From Vicinamibacteria bacterium (lineage in GTDB: Bacteria; Acidobacteriota; Vicinamibacteria; Marinacidobacterales; Marinacidobacteraceae): 64,000 bases of DNA. Positions 28,401 to 37,186 of the stretch are shown one piece after another; the stretch's first letter is position 1; each line of letters starts with the position of its first letter. Both the position numbers and the translations under genes were made by a program. The stretch lies in contig OZ219816.1 of assembly GCA_964291235.2 (NCBI GenBank), positions 1,344,001 to 1,408,000 of the forward strand. Direction: 5' to 3'. Under the pieces are notes generated by a model. The model searched no databases and was not told the origin of the DNA. It saw only the letters and a list, made by a program, of their open reading frames with translations.

Positions 28401-29086
28401 GCATAGTGCGAGTCGTTCGTGCCGACCAGGGGAATGCCGGTCCGGCGCGAGACCTCGATCACTCCGTCGCGGATGCGCTGTTCCAATTCGGAGAGCCGCT
28501 CGCCTTCGGGCGCCGCGCCCCCCGGCGGGGTGTGGTCCATGAGTTCGAGGTAGTAGTTCCCTTTCCCGAAGACCTCCTGGTACCGCCCCGCCCACTCGAC
28601 GGGGTCTCCCCCCGTCGTCACCTCGCGGGGCACGATTCCCTTGGGACATGCCGAAAGAGCGATCAGCCCCTCGTGATGTTTCTCGAGGAGAGCGAAATCC
28701 ATGCGCGGCTTGAAATAGAAGCCCTCCGAGTGGGCGATCGAGCTGAGGCGCATCAGGTTCTGAAACCCGATCCGATTCTTGGCTAGCAGGACCAGATGCT
28801 GATTCTCCGAATCCGGGTTCTGTTCGCGCCGGTCACCCGGTGCGACGTACGCCTCGCACCCCAGAATGGGCTTCACGCCTACCTCTCGGGCCGCCGCGTG
28901 GAACTTCAGCGCCCCGAACAGGTTTCCGTGGTCGGTGATGGCCACCGCGGGCATCCCGTCCTGCTCGGCCATCCGGGTAACCTCCGAAAGGCGGCTCATC
29001 CCGTCCAGCAGCGAGTACTCGGTGTGGGTGTGGAGATGTACGAACGGGCGCCGCCCATTCCGGCCCCTCGGGGCAGCGTCGCTCAA
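25457..29086 (-). CDS. dnaE: DNA polymerase III alpha subunit (replicative DnaE)
   Basis: PHP HLHTHTEYSLLDG, GPGRGSAAGSLVAY, PPDIDVDF, FAGYGFNRSH, clamp motif QSLF, OB fold. Confidence 0.96.
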   Translation of the reverse strand: MSDAAPRGRNGRRPFVHLHTHTEYSLLDGMSRLSEVTRMAEQDGMPAVAITDHGNLFGALKFHAAAREVGVKPILGCEAYVAPGDRREQNPDSENQHLVLLAKNRIGFQNLMRLSSIAHSEGFYFKPRMDFALLEKHHEGLIALSACPKGIVPREVTTGGDPVEWAGRYQEVFGKGNYYLELMDHTPPGGAAPEGERLSELEQRIRDGVIEVSRRTGIPLVGTNDSHYASPEDAEAHDLRLCISVNRAASDPRRLKFHSDQFFFKTSEQMETVFEGCPDAYRNTVEIAEQVEDFDFVEKERSLLPHFEVPEGKTLAGTLEESVARGLAWRLESAEVHGKRPPRPDYEDRLRMELDVIQKTGYSAYFLIVEDFVRFSRERRIPVGPGRGSAAGSLVAYALGITDIDPLAHGLLFERFLNPDRVSPPDIDVDFCEFRREEVLEYVTERYGNDRVAQIMTLGSMKAKLVVRDVGRMLELPPPEVDRLAKLIPDLTSLSDAFDRVPALREARADPQFQRLFELAERLEGLPRNVGTHAAGVVISPEPLEDILPLYRDVAVKKSGSARTTGDPASAAVRRRTQWDMKDCEAIGLFKMDFLGLRNLTQIDDCARRIADDADTAPSPEEVSALDLIQDGHFEKVPPDPDTFALFSRAETDGIFQFESRGMRELLSSYKPENLDDLAALNALYRPGPLESGMAADFVAAKKKGGLSDKLDHRVRALFPETRGLIVYQEQVMLAAQNLAGYSLGQADILRKAMGKKDPEVMRSEEGRFVEGAVAGGLDRRVAEETFQQIAKFAGYGFNRSHAVGYAVVAYVAGWLKTHFPLHFLASLLTAGHRSGDKDERIARIRKSAQAVGIPVLPPDVRRSGAEALVEGKAVRYGLEAVKQVGTRAAREIERARRECGDFESLAHFLESVEPKTLNRGAVEALCCAGALDFLRVPRWRILPAIPGALEAANRARGRQSAGVQSLFGAAHEAPVDVFPDAEAWTDAERLRREQDALGFFWEGHPATEYRAALKNVVTGPVKAVLATGDKAEVGVVGLVRELRKRATRAGRAMGRFIVEDETGSIPVVAFPEMWSTCPPLESEPVALVRGVFRRESARSGDKGRRSRQQAELHAHELLLADEAPYRLARRVELLVREPERLGSVLEELLAKYPGGRPLLLRVRARGIEVLLETATAVRPCRDLARDAWDLLGPDTLRLDGRLPPDFAR

Positions 29087-29093
29087 GCGAGCC

Positions 29094-30638
29094 TCACTCC
29101 CACTCGATGGTGCCGGGCGGTTTCGAAGTGATGTCCAGCACCACCCGGTTGACTCCCCGCACCTCGCCGGTAATCCGGTTGGATACCCGGACCAGAAGTT
29201 CGTGGGGCAGCGCCGCCCAGTCGGCCGTCATCCCGTCCCGACTCTCAACCGCCCGGATGACCGCCACCCGCTCGTAGGTCCGGGCGTCTCCCATGACTCC
29301 CACCGTGCGCAGGGGCAAAAGCACCACAAACGCCTGCCAGACCCGGTCGTAACAACCCGCCGCCCGGATCTCCTCCTCGAGGATCGCGTCCGCCTCGCGC
29401 AGGACCTCGAGTCCGGATCGTTCGACAGACCCCAACATCCGCACCGCCAGGCCCGGGCCGGGGAAGGGATGGCGGTCCACGAGTCCGTCCGGTGCCCCCA
29501 ACTGCCGTCCCAACACGCGCACCTCGTCCTTGAAGAGTTCGCGAAGGGGTTCGATCAGTCGAAGCCGCATCCGCTTCGGCAACCCGCCCACATTGTGGTG
29601 GCTCTTGATGACCGCCGAGGGGCCCTTTACCGAGACGCTCTCGATAACGTCGGGATAGAGCGTCCCCTGGGCCAGGAAGTGCACATCCGGAATCTCCCGG
29701 GATGCCTCCTCGAAGACCCGGATGAACTCGCGCCCGATGATCTTCCGTTTCCGTTCCGGGCTGCGCACTCCCTTGAGGCGGGTGAGGAAGCGGTCCGCGG
29801 CGTCCACGACCTGGAGCGGAATCCCGAGGCCCTTCTCGAAGTCCGCTCGAACCCTCTCGGCCTCTCCCTTCCGCAGCACTCCGTTATCCACGAAGATACA
29901 GTGGAGACGGTCCCCGATCGCCCGGTGGACGAGCATGGCGGTGACGGTCGAATCCACCCCGCCCGACGCCCCGCAGACCACCTGTCCCTCCCCGACCTGG
30001 CTCCGAATGGCGGCCACCGTGCGCTCCGCGTGGGACCTCGGGGACCAACCCCCGCGCGCGCCGCACACCTGGAAGGCGAAATTCCGCAAGATCTCGGTCC
30101 CGTGCTCCGTGTGCACCACCTCGGGATGGAACTGCACGCCGTAGAGCCGGCGGTTCGCATTCTCGAACGCTGCGATCCGCGCCTGACCGGTCCCCCCGGT
30201 GCGCCGGAATCCTTCCGGTAGCGCGTGAACCAGATCTCCATGACTGGCCCACGCCCGAAACCGCTCGGGCACACCGTCAAAGAGGCGTCCACTCCCGTCG
30301 TGGCTGAACTCCGCCGGACCATAGGAGCGGCGGGGCGCCGGCCGCACGTCGCCGCCGCTCTCCCGCGCCAGGAGTTGCATTCCGTAACAGACGCCGAGCA
30401 CTGGTACCGGCGCCTCGAAAACGCCGTGCGGAGCGGCCGGGGCACCCTCCCCGTACACGCTCTCCGGTCCCCCGGAAAGCACCACTCCCACGGGCTTTCG
30501 CTCCCAGATCTCCTGCTCGGGGGCGGTGCACGGGAGAATTTCGCAGTACACCCCCAGTTCACGGAGCCGCCGGGCGATCAGCTGGGTGTATTGCGAGCCG
30601 AAATCGAGGACGAGAAGCGACTCAGCGGGGGCCATCAC
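29094..30638 (-). CDS. guaA: GMP synthase (glutamine-hydrolysing)
   Basis: LDFGSQYTQLIARR, GVCYGMQL, QFHPEV, SGGVDS, KPPGTIEWE. Confidence 0.97.
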   Translation of the reverse strand: MMAPAESLLVLDFGSQYTQLIARRLRELGVYCEILPCTAPEQEIWERKPVGVVLSGGPESVYGEGAPAAPHGVFEAPVPVLGVCYGMQLLARESGGDVRPAPRRSYGPAEFSHDGSGRLFDGVPERFRAWASHGDLVHALPEGFRRTGGTGQARIAAFENANRRLYGVQFHPEVVHTEHGTEILRNFAFQVCGARGGWSPRSHAERTVAAIRSQVGEGQVVCGASGGVDSTVTAMLVHRAIGDRLHCIFVDNGVLRKGEAERVRADFEKGLGIPLQVVDAADRFLTRLKGVRSPERKRKIIGREFIRVFEEASREIPDVHFLAQGTLYPDVIESVSVKGPSAVIKSHHNVGGLPKRMRLRLIEPLRELFKDEVRVLGRQLGAPDGLVDRHPFPGPGLAVRMLGSVERSGLEVLREADAILEEEIRAAGCYDRVWQAFVVLLPLRTVGVMGDARTYERVAVIRAVESRDGMTADWAALPHELLVRVSNRITGEVRGVNRVVLDITSKPPGTIEWE

Positions 30639-30895
30639 AACAAATCCGCTCCCGCCGCCGCTCCTCGCGCCGCCGGAATTCGGCGGTGCGCCGCAGGCCG
30701 CCCGACTCGCCGGCCCGCGGCCGGCGATGCCATCCCGAGGGTTGGCCCCGTCCTTCCCCCGGAGACTTCCTCGGAGCGCGCCATCCGCGTGAATTGTAAG
30801 CGCGGGGATTCACTCAGCCCCCCGTCTTGCCGAGAGAAATCCTGTCCCCGCCGGCAAGGAGAAGCCTGCCGGTGGACTCCCGGTGGCCGCCCCTC

Positions 30896-32395
30896 TCAGG
30901 AAGAGGCGCCCGTCCGGGGGCCGAAGACGGCCAGCCGGCCGTCCCGGAGACCGAGGAACAGTCGGCGGTCTCGCCAACCGTCCTCCCGGGCGCCATCCCC
31001 CAGGCGGCGCACCACCCCGAGAACTTCGGATTCCAGGTCGCGAGGCCGACCGATCCGCTGTCCCGTCTCCCCGTTCACCTCCACGAGCAATCCGTCCTGG
31101 GTGACGACGAGGATGGCGCCCGCCATCCGCAGTGGCGAAGCCGCGGGCCGGCCCGGAAGCGCGGCCCGCCAACGCTCCCCGCCCCGCCTCGCGTCGAAGC
31201 AGTAAAGGCTGTTCGCCTTGGTCGCGGCGTAAAGGCGCCCACGACTCAGGAGCGGTGGATGATGGAACCCCTCCGCAAGCCTCCACCGCCACCGCTGCCG
31301 CCCGGTCTCCAGATCGACCGCGGTGAGATCACCGCCCTCATCTCCCACGATCGCGAGCCGATCGTCCGCAGACACGAGCCCCGGTCCGGTCACCGGGCCG
31401 GCGCCCTCGACCTGCCAGCGGATGGCGCCCGATGGAGACACGGCGACGGCGCCGCCGCTTCCCAGCGAGACCAGAAGCACCGATGAAGCGTCTGCCGCGG
31501 ACTCCGCCGCTCCGGCCGCCACCACTACGCGGCTGGGTTCTCCCGCCGGCAGCGGGACCTCCAGGACCGGGTCTCCTGCCGGGATGCGGTAGCCGCGGAG
31601 TGTCCCGCCGGAAACCCAGTAGAGCGTCGTCCCGGCCAGCGCGGCGGGCACGGGACCTCCCCCCGCCCCGCCGAGGTCCCCATCGGGTGGCAAACCGGTC
31701 GCAAAACCACCGACCCGCACCCCATCGAGGACCCGGCGAAGCGTTACCTCGCCATGCCTGTCGAGGAGCGCCACGGTTTCCGCGTCCTCAGCGATCCCGA
31801 CGAAGGCGGCACCGGCCCCCGGCAGGCCCCAGCGGGTTTTCTCCGCGTCCGGTTCGTAGGCGATCACCGCGCCGCCAGCCGTCTGGACGAGGAATCCGTC
31901 GTCCCCAAAGACCATCGCGCTGATGACACTTCCCGGAACGGGCGCCGGGGCGCTCAGCATGCGGCCCGGGAGAATTCCAGCCGGCGCCGCGGCGATCCCC
32001 GGCGCGCGGCGCGCCGGGGCCTCTGCCTCGTCCTCCGCGTCCTCCCCTTCCGCCCCCTCGCCTCCGGCCTCCGTCTCCCCGGCGCCCTCTTCGTCCGAAG
32101 CCTCGGCCGGTACTTCTTCCCCGGTCGCGGAGGCCTCCTCATCCGCCGCCGGGGCTTCCTCCACATCCTCCTCTCCCTCGGGCGGTTGCGCGGGTGGTTC
32201 GGGGGGTTGCTCGGGCGGCTGCCCGGGCGGTTGCTCGGGGGGTTGGGAGCGGCTCAGGGCCGCCCACCGTTCAGGCGGCGGTGGTGCCTCGGCGCGCGTG
32301 ACTCCCGGGATCAAGAGCAAGAGGCCATACAAGAGCCCCAGAGCCAAGCCGGGAAGGCGCCCCGCCGGGGCGTTTCCACAGGGACTGTCGCGCAC
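30896..32395 (-). CDS. Secreted PQQ-like/BamB-like beta-propeller protein with an acidic Pro-rich N-terminal linker
   Basis: Hydrophobic signal segment, QPPE repeats and Glu-rich linker, PQQ-repeat motifs (AVDLETGRQRW, CFDARRGGERW); start GTG 32395 approximate. Confidence 0.7.
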   Translation of the reverse strand: MRDSPCGNAPAGRLPGLALGLLYGLLLLIPGVTRAEAPPPPERWAALSRSQPPEQPPGQPPEQPPEPPAQPPEGEEDVEEAPAADEEASATGEEVPAEASDEEGAGETEAGGEGAEGEDAEDEAEAPARRAPGIAAAPAGILPGRMLSAPAPVPGSVISAMVFGDDGFLVQTAGGAVIAYEPDAEKTRWGLPGAGAAFVGIAEDAETVALLDRHGEVTLRRVLDGVRVGGFATGLPPDGDLGGAGGGPVPAALAGTTLYWVSGGTLRGYRIPAGDPVLEVPLPAGEPSRVVVAAGAAESAADASSVLLVSLGSGGAVAVSPSGAIRWQVEGAGPVTGPGLVSADDRLAIVGDEGGDLTAVDLETGRQRWRWRLAEGFHHPPLLSRGRLYAATKANSLYCFDARRGGERWRAALPGRPAASPLRMAGAILVVTQDGLLVEVNGETGQRIGRPRDLESEVLGVVRRLGDGAREDGWRDRRLFLGLRDGRLAVFGPRTGASS

Positions 32396-32480
32396 CTTGG
32401 CTAAACGTTCACGTGGCCCCTGTCCTGCATTGCTGGCAGCGAAGCGCCAACCCGAGGGGGCCGGACCAACCTTTACCCTA

Positions 32481-32679
32481 GCAGCCTGTGAACAAAGTGG
32501 AGCGGCATTCGAGCGGCGATCCATCGCGGCTGAAACGCTCCGCGCTGCTGCGCTCGTCGTTGCGCTTCGGTCGCAATACCTCGGGTATTCCTCCCTCGCC
32601 CGCCGCCCCCACCGGGAGAACTGGGTCAGCCGCGCGCCTCCCCGCTCTCGATGCTCACCCCACCTTGTCCACACGCTGC
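32481..32679. mobile_element. MITE-like element, same family as 3400-3586 in opposite orientation
   Basis: Left TA-GCAGCCTGTGAACAAAGT, right ACCTTGTCCACACGCTGC. The reverse complement of the right half aligns with 3400-3461 (GTGAGCA.CGAGA.CGGGGAGG...CCCAGTTCTCCCGGTGGGG). Confidence 0.7.
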
Positions 32680-32700
32680 CCGCAGCCTGTGAACTGAAAG

Positions 32701-35700
32701 ATGAGGATCGCTCGGCTGCCGTCTGTCCTGATGGTCGCGGGGGCATTCGGAGTCTTCGCCACCGCGCTGGTGGATGCCGCGAGCCGGTTCAGCGTCCTGC
32801 CCGATGCGCTTCATGCTGGCGTGGCCGCCGGATCGGCGCTCTTGCTGCTCTTCGTCGTCGTCCGCCGGGACGCTTTGAGGGATGGCCGCGGGCGACTCGC
32901 GTTGGTACTTGCCGGGGCGGCGTTCGCGGCGCTTTGCTGTCGGCTCCCGCTCAACCGAACCATCACCGCCGGTCCGGAATCCGCCGCCCGCGCGGCCGAT
33001 CGAGTGGACACCTTCCTCGGGAATCTCACGCGCGAGGTGGGGGACGCCGCCTACCTCGTCGCTCGCACGCCGGCGGTACCTGCCGCCCTCGAAGGCTCCG
33101 ACGCCGGCGACACCGAAGCGCGGGCGTTTCGCGCGCTTGCCGAGTGGCCCCACCCGGGAACCGCGATCGGTGCTGGCGGCGCCACTCTCTACGACCGCCA
33201 ATTGAGGCCTTTGGCCTGGTCCGGAGGAAACCCGGATTTCGAAGCGGCCCTCGGCGAGGCCTTTCCGGACGGCGTCCGCGAGGAACAGTGTCCGGATCCG
33301 GCGTTTCCATTGTTTCTGTACAGCGAAGGCGGCCGGCGCGGTTACCTGGCGGCCGCCGAATGCACCCGGAACCTGCTTGGAATCGTGACGGTGGAAGTCC
33401 CGCTCCGGGAGGCATCTCCGCCTTCCTCGGGCACCGCACCGCTCTCTGCGTTGGAATTCGCCGCCGGCCGGGGACTCGAAACCCAGTTCGTGGATGTTTC
33501 CGCGGATCTGCAGACGCTGGCCCAGCTCTTCGAGCGGCGCGGGGACCGCTTCGTGGACGGCGCTCCCGACGCGCAGCGCTACTACTTCGCTCTGAGGGCC
33601 TACGACGGGCAGTTGCTCGGCGCCGCCAGCACCGCCGTGGCTCCTGCCGCCGCCCGCCGGGCGGAACGAGAGGCAGAGGCGGCGCTTTCCGCAACGCTGA
33701 TCCTTCTGTTGGTCAGCCTCATCCTTCTCCCGAGCCTTTGGCGCTCGGGAGACCTGGGAGCGCTGGCAGCCATCTGGACGCTGAGATTCAGCCTTTCCGC
33801 GTTGCTGGGCACCCTCCCTTCGGGGCCCGGCACCGCGCTCCCCGAGGCCTTGTTGGGCACCTCCCTCGTGCCAGTCCTTGCCGACTCGCCGCTCATGGCG
33901 GTGGTGACGGCAGCGGCGATCTTTCTCTCGGCGCGGATCGTCACCGCCCGGCTCCGGCCGGGTTCCGCGGGAAGGACGGCTCTCGGCAGCCAGGCGTTGC
34001 TCCGCGGGCTGGGAGCCGGCGGGGCGGCAGTGGCCGCTGCCGCCCTCGTCGGGAGCGCCGGATTCTCCGGCGGTGCACCTCTCACCCCCACCTGGGCTCT
34101 CCACACCCGCTGGCCGGAGGTGCTCGGCTGGACGGCGCTGCTGCTTGCCCTCGCTGGACTCTTGATGCTCATGCAGAGCCTGCTGCGGCCCGAAATCCCG
34201 GCCGTGGTGGCCGCGGCTGCGGTGGTCGCCGGGTCCGTCGTGTTTGCGCCCGGAGTGTCTCCTCTGTTCGCGGTGCTTCCCCTGCTGGCAGGTTCCCTTC
34301 TGGCTTTTTGGCGCCGCGGGCGGCTGTCCCTGAGGCACCTCAGGCAACCGCTGATTTCGCACGAACCCGGCTTCTCGTTCGTGGTGGCCTTCTTGCTGTT
34401 CGCCGTCCCGTCGGTGGTTCTGTATCCGGCGATGGTCTGGAATGAAGACAACGTCCGCCGGCGTTACGTGTCGGACGCCGCTCCCGTGCAGACCCTGCGG
34501 CATCGCTTCGCGGTATGCCACGCGCTGGAAGAGGCGACGCGCACGCTCGACGGGGAAGCTCCCGCCCTCGGCCGCCTTCGCCCGGACACCGCGTATCGGC
34601 TCTGGCTGGCGACCGGACTGCCACGGTTGACGGTCGCCAGCGCGCTTGAGGTGCGAGGAGCGGGCGGGCAGCGCTCCCGGTTCGGGGTTGGCCTTCCCCG
34701 CCGGCCCGATCCTCCCTCCTCCGCGCCCTCCCCGACTCGTTGGAGTCCAATTCCCGGGTGTCAGGTGGCATCGGGGATCGAAGCCGTCCTGGAAACGGAA
34801 CGGCGTTTTCCTTCGGGGTTGAGTGTCACCCTGCGGGTTGCCGACCGCGCTTCGGAGATTCCTTTTCTGCCCCGCGCCGCCGGGATCGCGGACCATTTCC
34901 TCCTGCGCGGCGATGCCGCACCCGCGGTGTTTCGGGGGAGAGACCTCCGCCTGAGCCACCGCCAGACCCTTCCGGGGCAAGGCGCCGATGGACGCGACGA
35001 ATTCGGCGTCGTGGTGCACGGCGAGCCCTTCGTCGTCTCTTGGCGCCGCACCGGAATTGCGGACCACGCGGCCGCTCTCCTGGGCTGGGGTTTTCTGGCG
35101 GCGCTGATGGCTCTCCTGGTGGCTGTCGGCGCCCGCGCCCGTCTGCTCTTTCCGCGTCGGGGCGGCCGCCTCCGGAGGCGCAGCTTTCAGATGCAGCTGA
35201 CCGAGACGCTCGCGGCGGCGGTGCTTATCGCCATTCTCGGGGTCGCGGTCTTCGCGCAAGAGCGCCTCGGAGTGCTGCTCCGTACCGCCAGCGACCGGGA
35301 AGCGATCTCGCGCTCGTTTTCCGTCCGGCGCGTGGCCCAGGAGCTCGCGGCCCTCGATCCGCTCATTCCGCGTGACGAGCTCGGCTTCCGGCTTGCACAG
35401 GCCGCCGACCAGCTCGACACCGACGCGGCCCTCTATAACGGCGGCGAACTGGTCGCCGTCAGCCGCCCCGAACTCGCGCAGACCGGACTTCTGCCGCCAC
35501 GCCCACCACCCGCCGCGATTCTTCCCTCCGCCTCTTCCGATCCGTTTCTCAGTATCCAGGAAGCCGGCTCGCTCCGATATCGGATCGTCTGGATTCACCT
35601 GGACACTCCGGCGCGGCTCCACGGCCCGCTACTCCTCGCAGTCCCGCTCCCCGCCGACGAAGCCGCGCGCCTCGAGAGTGTGCGGGCCATTCAGCGAACC

Positions 35701-36645
35701 CTCATCCTCGGAAGCGGGTCCCTGGCGCTGGTCTTTGCCATCGTGCTCCCCGGATTGCTCGCGCGCCGGCTGGCCGCGCCCGTCCGGGGCCTGGCCCGCG
35801 CTACCGGGCGGATTGCCGACGGGGATCTTCAGGCCCGGGTTCCGGTGCACGGCACACTCACGGAATTGCGGCTGCTCTCCGCCAGCGTGGAGCGTCTCGT
35901 CCGGCGCATCCCGGACGTTCGCCGGCAAATGCGGGAGGAAGCCGCCGCGGATCTCGCGAGGCGCGTCGCCCATGACATCAAGAACGCCCTCGCTCCCATC
36001 GGGCTGGCGGCCGACTACATCCGGCGCGTGCTACGGGAGCCACGCGGCCAGGATCCGCAGCAGGCGGTGGACGAGGGCGTCTCGGAAATCCTCGATCAGG
36101 TGGAGCGCCTTCGACGCATTTCTTCGGAGTTCTCCGCTCTTGGCGCCCCGCTTCGGCTGGCGGCGACCGACGTGACCAAGTTGGTCGGCGCCACTGTCGC
36201 TCCGTACCTGAGGCCCCATTCGCGGCCACGCGTCGTCTTCCATGGCCTACCGACTCCGCTCGCTCGCGTCGATCCGGAGATCGTCTCGCGAATCGTGGAA
36301 AACCTCATGCAGAACGCGCTCGAGGCCATCCACGATTCTCCCGACCTCGCGCCCGAGGACGCCGAGGTCCGGGTCCGGGTGTTGCCCGAGCGGCGAGATC
36401 GCTGGATCCGGATCGAGGTGGAGGACAACGGACCCGGCGTGCCGAAGGACCTTCGTGAGCGGATCTTCGACGCCGCGTTCTCGACCCGAACGCGCGGGTC
36501 CGGACTTGGGCTCGCCAATGCCCGCCGGTTCACCGAGGCCCACGGCGGAAAGGTCAGCGCGCGCCAGAGGGCGGACAGCCGCTCCGGGCTGCTGCTTACC
36601 GTGGAGTTGCCGGTGAAAGGCCCGCGGGAGCCGGATCCGCCGTGA
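32701..36645 (+). CDS. Large multi-TM sensor histidine kinase (HAMP-HisKA-HATPase, NtrY-like core)
   Basis: Many hydrophobic segments, HAMP (APVRGLARATGRIADGDL), H-box VAHDIKNALAPI, N-box NLMQNA, EDNGPG, GSGLGL. Confidence 0.88.
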   Translation: MRIARLPSVLMVAGAFGVFATALVDAASRFSVLPDALHAGVAAGSALLLLFVVVRRDALRDGRGRLALVLAGAAFAALCCRLPLNRTITAGPESAARAADRVDTFLGNLTREVGDAAYLVARTPAVPAALEGSDAGDTEARAFRALAEWPHPGTAIGAGGATLYDRQLRPLAWSGGNPDFEAALGEAFPDGVREEQCPDPAFPLFLYSEGGRRGYLAAAECTRNLLGIVTVEVPLREASPPSSGTAPLSALEFAAGRGLETQFVDVSADLQTLAQLFERRGDRFVDGAPDAQRYYFALRAYDGQLLGAASTAVAPAAARRAEREAEAALSATLILLLVSLILLPSLWRSGDLGALAAIWTLRFSLSALLGTLPSGPGTALPEALLGTSLVPVLADSPLMAVVTAAAIFLSARIVTARLRPGSAGRTALGSQALLRGLGAGGAAVAAAALVGSAGFSGGAPLTPTWALHTRWPEVLGWTALLLALAGLLMLMQSLLRPEIPAVVAAAAVVAGSVVFAPGVSPLFAVLPLLAGSLLAFWRRGRLSLRHLRQPLISHEPGFSFVVAFLLFAVPSVVLYPAMVWNEDNVRRRYVSDAAPVQTLRHRFAVCHALEEATRTLDGEAPALGRLRPDTAYRLWLATGLPRLTVASALEVRGAGGQRSRFGVGLPRRPDPPSSAPSPTRWSPIPGCQVASGIEAVLETERRFPSGLSVTLRVADRASEIPFLPRAAGIADHFLLRGDAAPAVFRGRDLRLSHRQTLPGQGADGRDEFGVVVHGEPFVVSWRRTGIADHAAALLGWGFLAALMALLVAVGARARLLFPRRGGRLRRRSFQMQLTETLAAAVLIAILGVAVFAQERLGVLLRTASDREAISRSFSVRRVAQELAALDPLIPRDELGFRLAQAADQLDTDAALYNGGELVAVSRPELAQTGLLPPRPPPAAILPSASSDPFLSIQEAGSLRYRIVWIHLDTPARLHGPLLLAVPLPADEAARLESVRAIQRTLILGSGSLALVFAIVLPGLLARRLAAPVRGLARATGRIADGDLQARVPVHGTLTELRLLSASVERLVRRIPDVRRQMREEAAADLARRVAHDIKNALAPIGLAADYIRRVLREPRGQDPQQAVDEGVSEILDQVERLRRISSEFSALGAPLRLAATDVTKLVGATVAPYLRPHSRPRVVFHGLPTPLARVDPEIVSRIVENLMQNALEAIHDSPDLAPEDAEVRVRVLPERRDRWIRIEVEDNGPGVPKDLRERIFDAAFSTRTRGSGLGLANARRFTEAHGGKVSARQRADSRSGLLLTVELPVKGPREPDPP

Positions 36646-37133
36646 TGAGGAACGCCCCCGCGAAGGTCCGCTGGGTCGCCGCGATCCTCGCCGGATCGCT
36701 CCTGACCTCGGCCCTCTGTGCTCCCGCGCCACCCCCTCCGGACGACCTCGAGGAGATCCTGGGCCGTTTCCGGCGAGCGTTCGAGGAGGCGGACGCCCAT
36801 CACCTGGAGAGTCTCTATCCCGCGGGCTGGGCCCTCGTGGCCTTTGCCGGGGAAACCCGCCGCAGCGCGTCCGGCGACGAGCTGAGGCGGGGCCTGGAGC
36901 GCTTGTTCCGGAACCGGACTCCGATCAGCTACGAGGAGCGGCCCCGTTCCATTCGCCGCTCGGCGGACGGTGGCTATGTCCTGTTCGTTCCGCAGTGGAC
37001 CAGCATGGCGACCGGAACCGACCGGTACGTCGTCGAGGCATTCCGGATCGGCCTGGAGCAGGTGCCGACCCAGCCGCCCCAAACTCCCCCAAACCGCTGG
37101 GAGATCCGCGAGTTCACCGCCTGGACCCGTTGA
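36642..37133 (+). CDS. Secreted hypothetical protein, possibly NTF2/SnoaL-like fold
   Basis: Signal peptide; helix RFRRAFEEADAHHLESLY followed by beta strands ending WEIREF; GTGA overlap with the kinase stop. Confidence 0.6.
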   Translation: MMRNAPAKVRWVAAILAGSLLTSALCAPAPPPPDDLEEILGRFRRAFEEADAHHLESLYPAGWALVAFAGETRRSASGDELRRGLERLFRNRTPISYEERPRSIRRSADGGYVLFVPQWTSMATGTDRYVVEAFRIGLEQVPTQPPQTPPNRWEIREFTAWTR

Positions 37134-37186
37134 ATCGCGCCGCCGGCAGGGAGTGCCCGGGAGAGCCGCCGAACGCTTCGGGCCGG

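Noticed and set aside
25457-29086. Intein or split in dnaE
   Set aside because: Length is normal (1209 aa) and no intein splice motifs are seen; only short loop insertions
30640-30800. Purine riboswitch upstream of guaA
   Set aside because: The conserved purine-aptamer core sequences are not present
32626-35622. 998-aa minus-strand ORF and other long shadow ORFs (e.g. 18740-21058, 16680-18467, 50853-52712, 31923-34445)
   Set aside because: They are antisense or off-frame to well-supported genes, have no recognisable motifs and are expected in high-GC DNA
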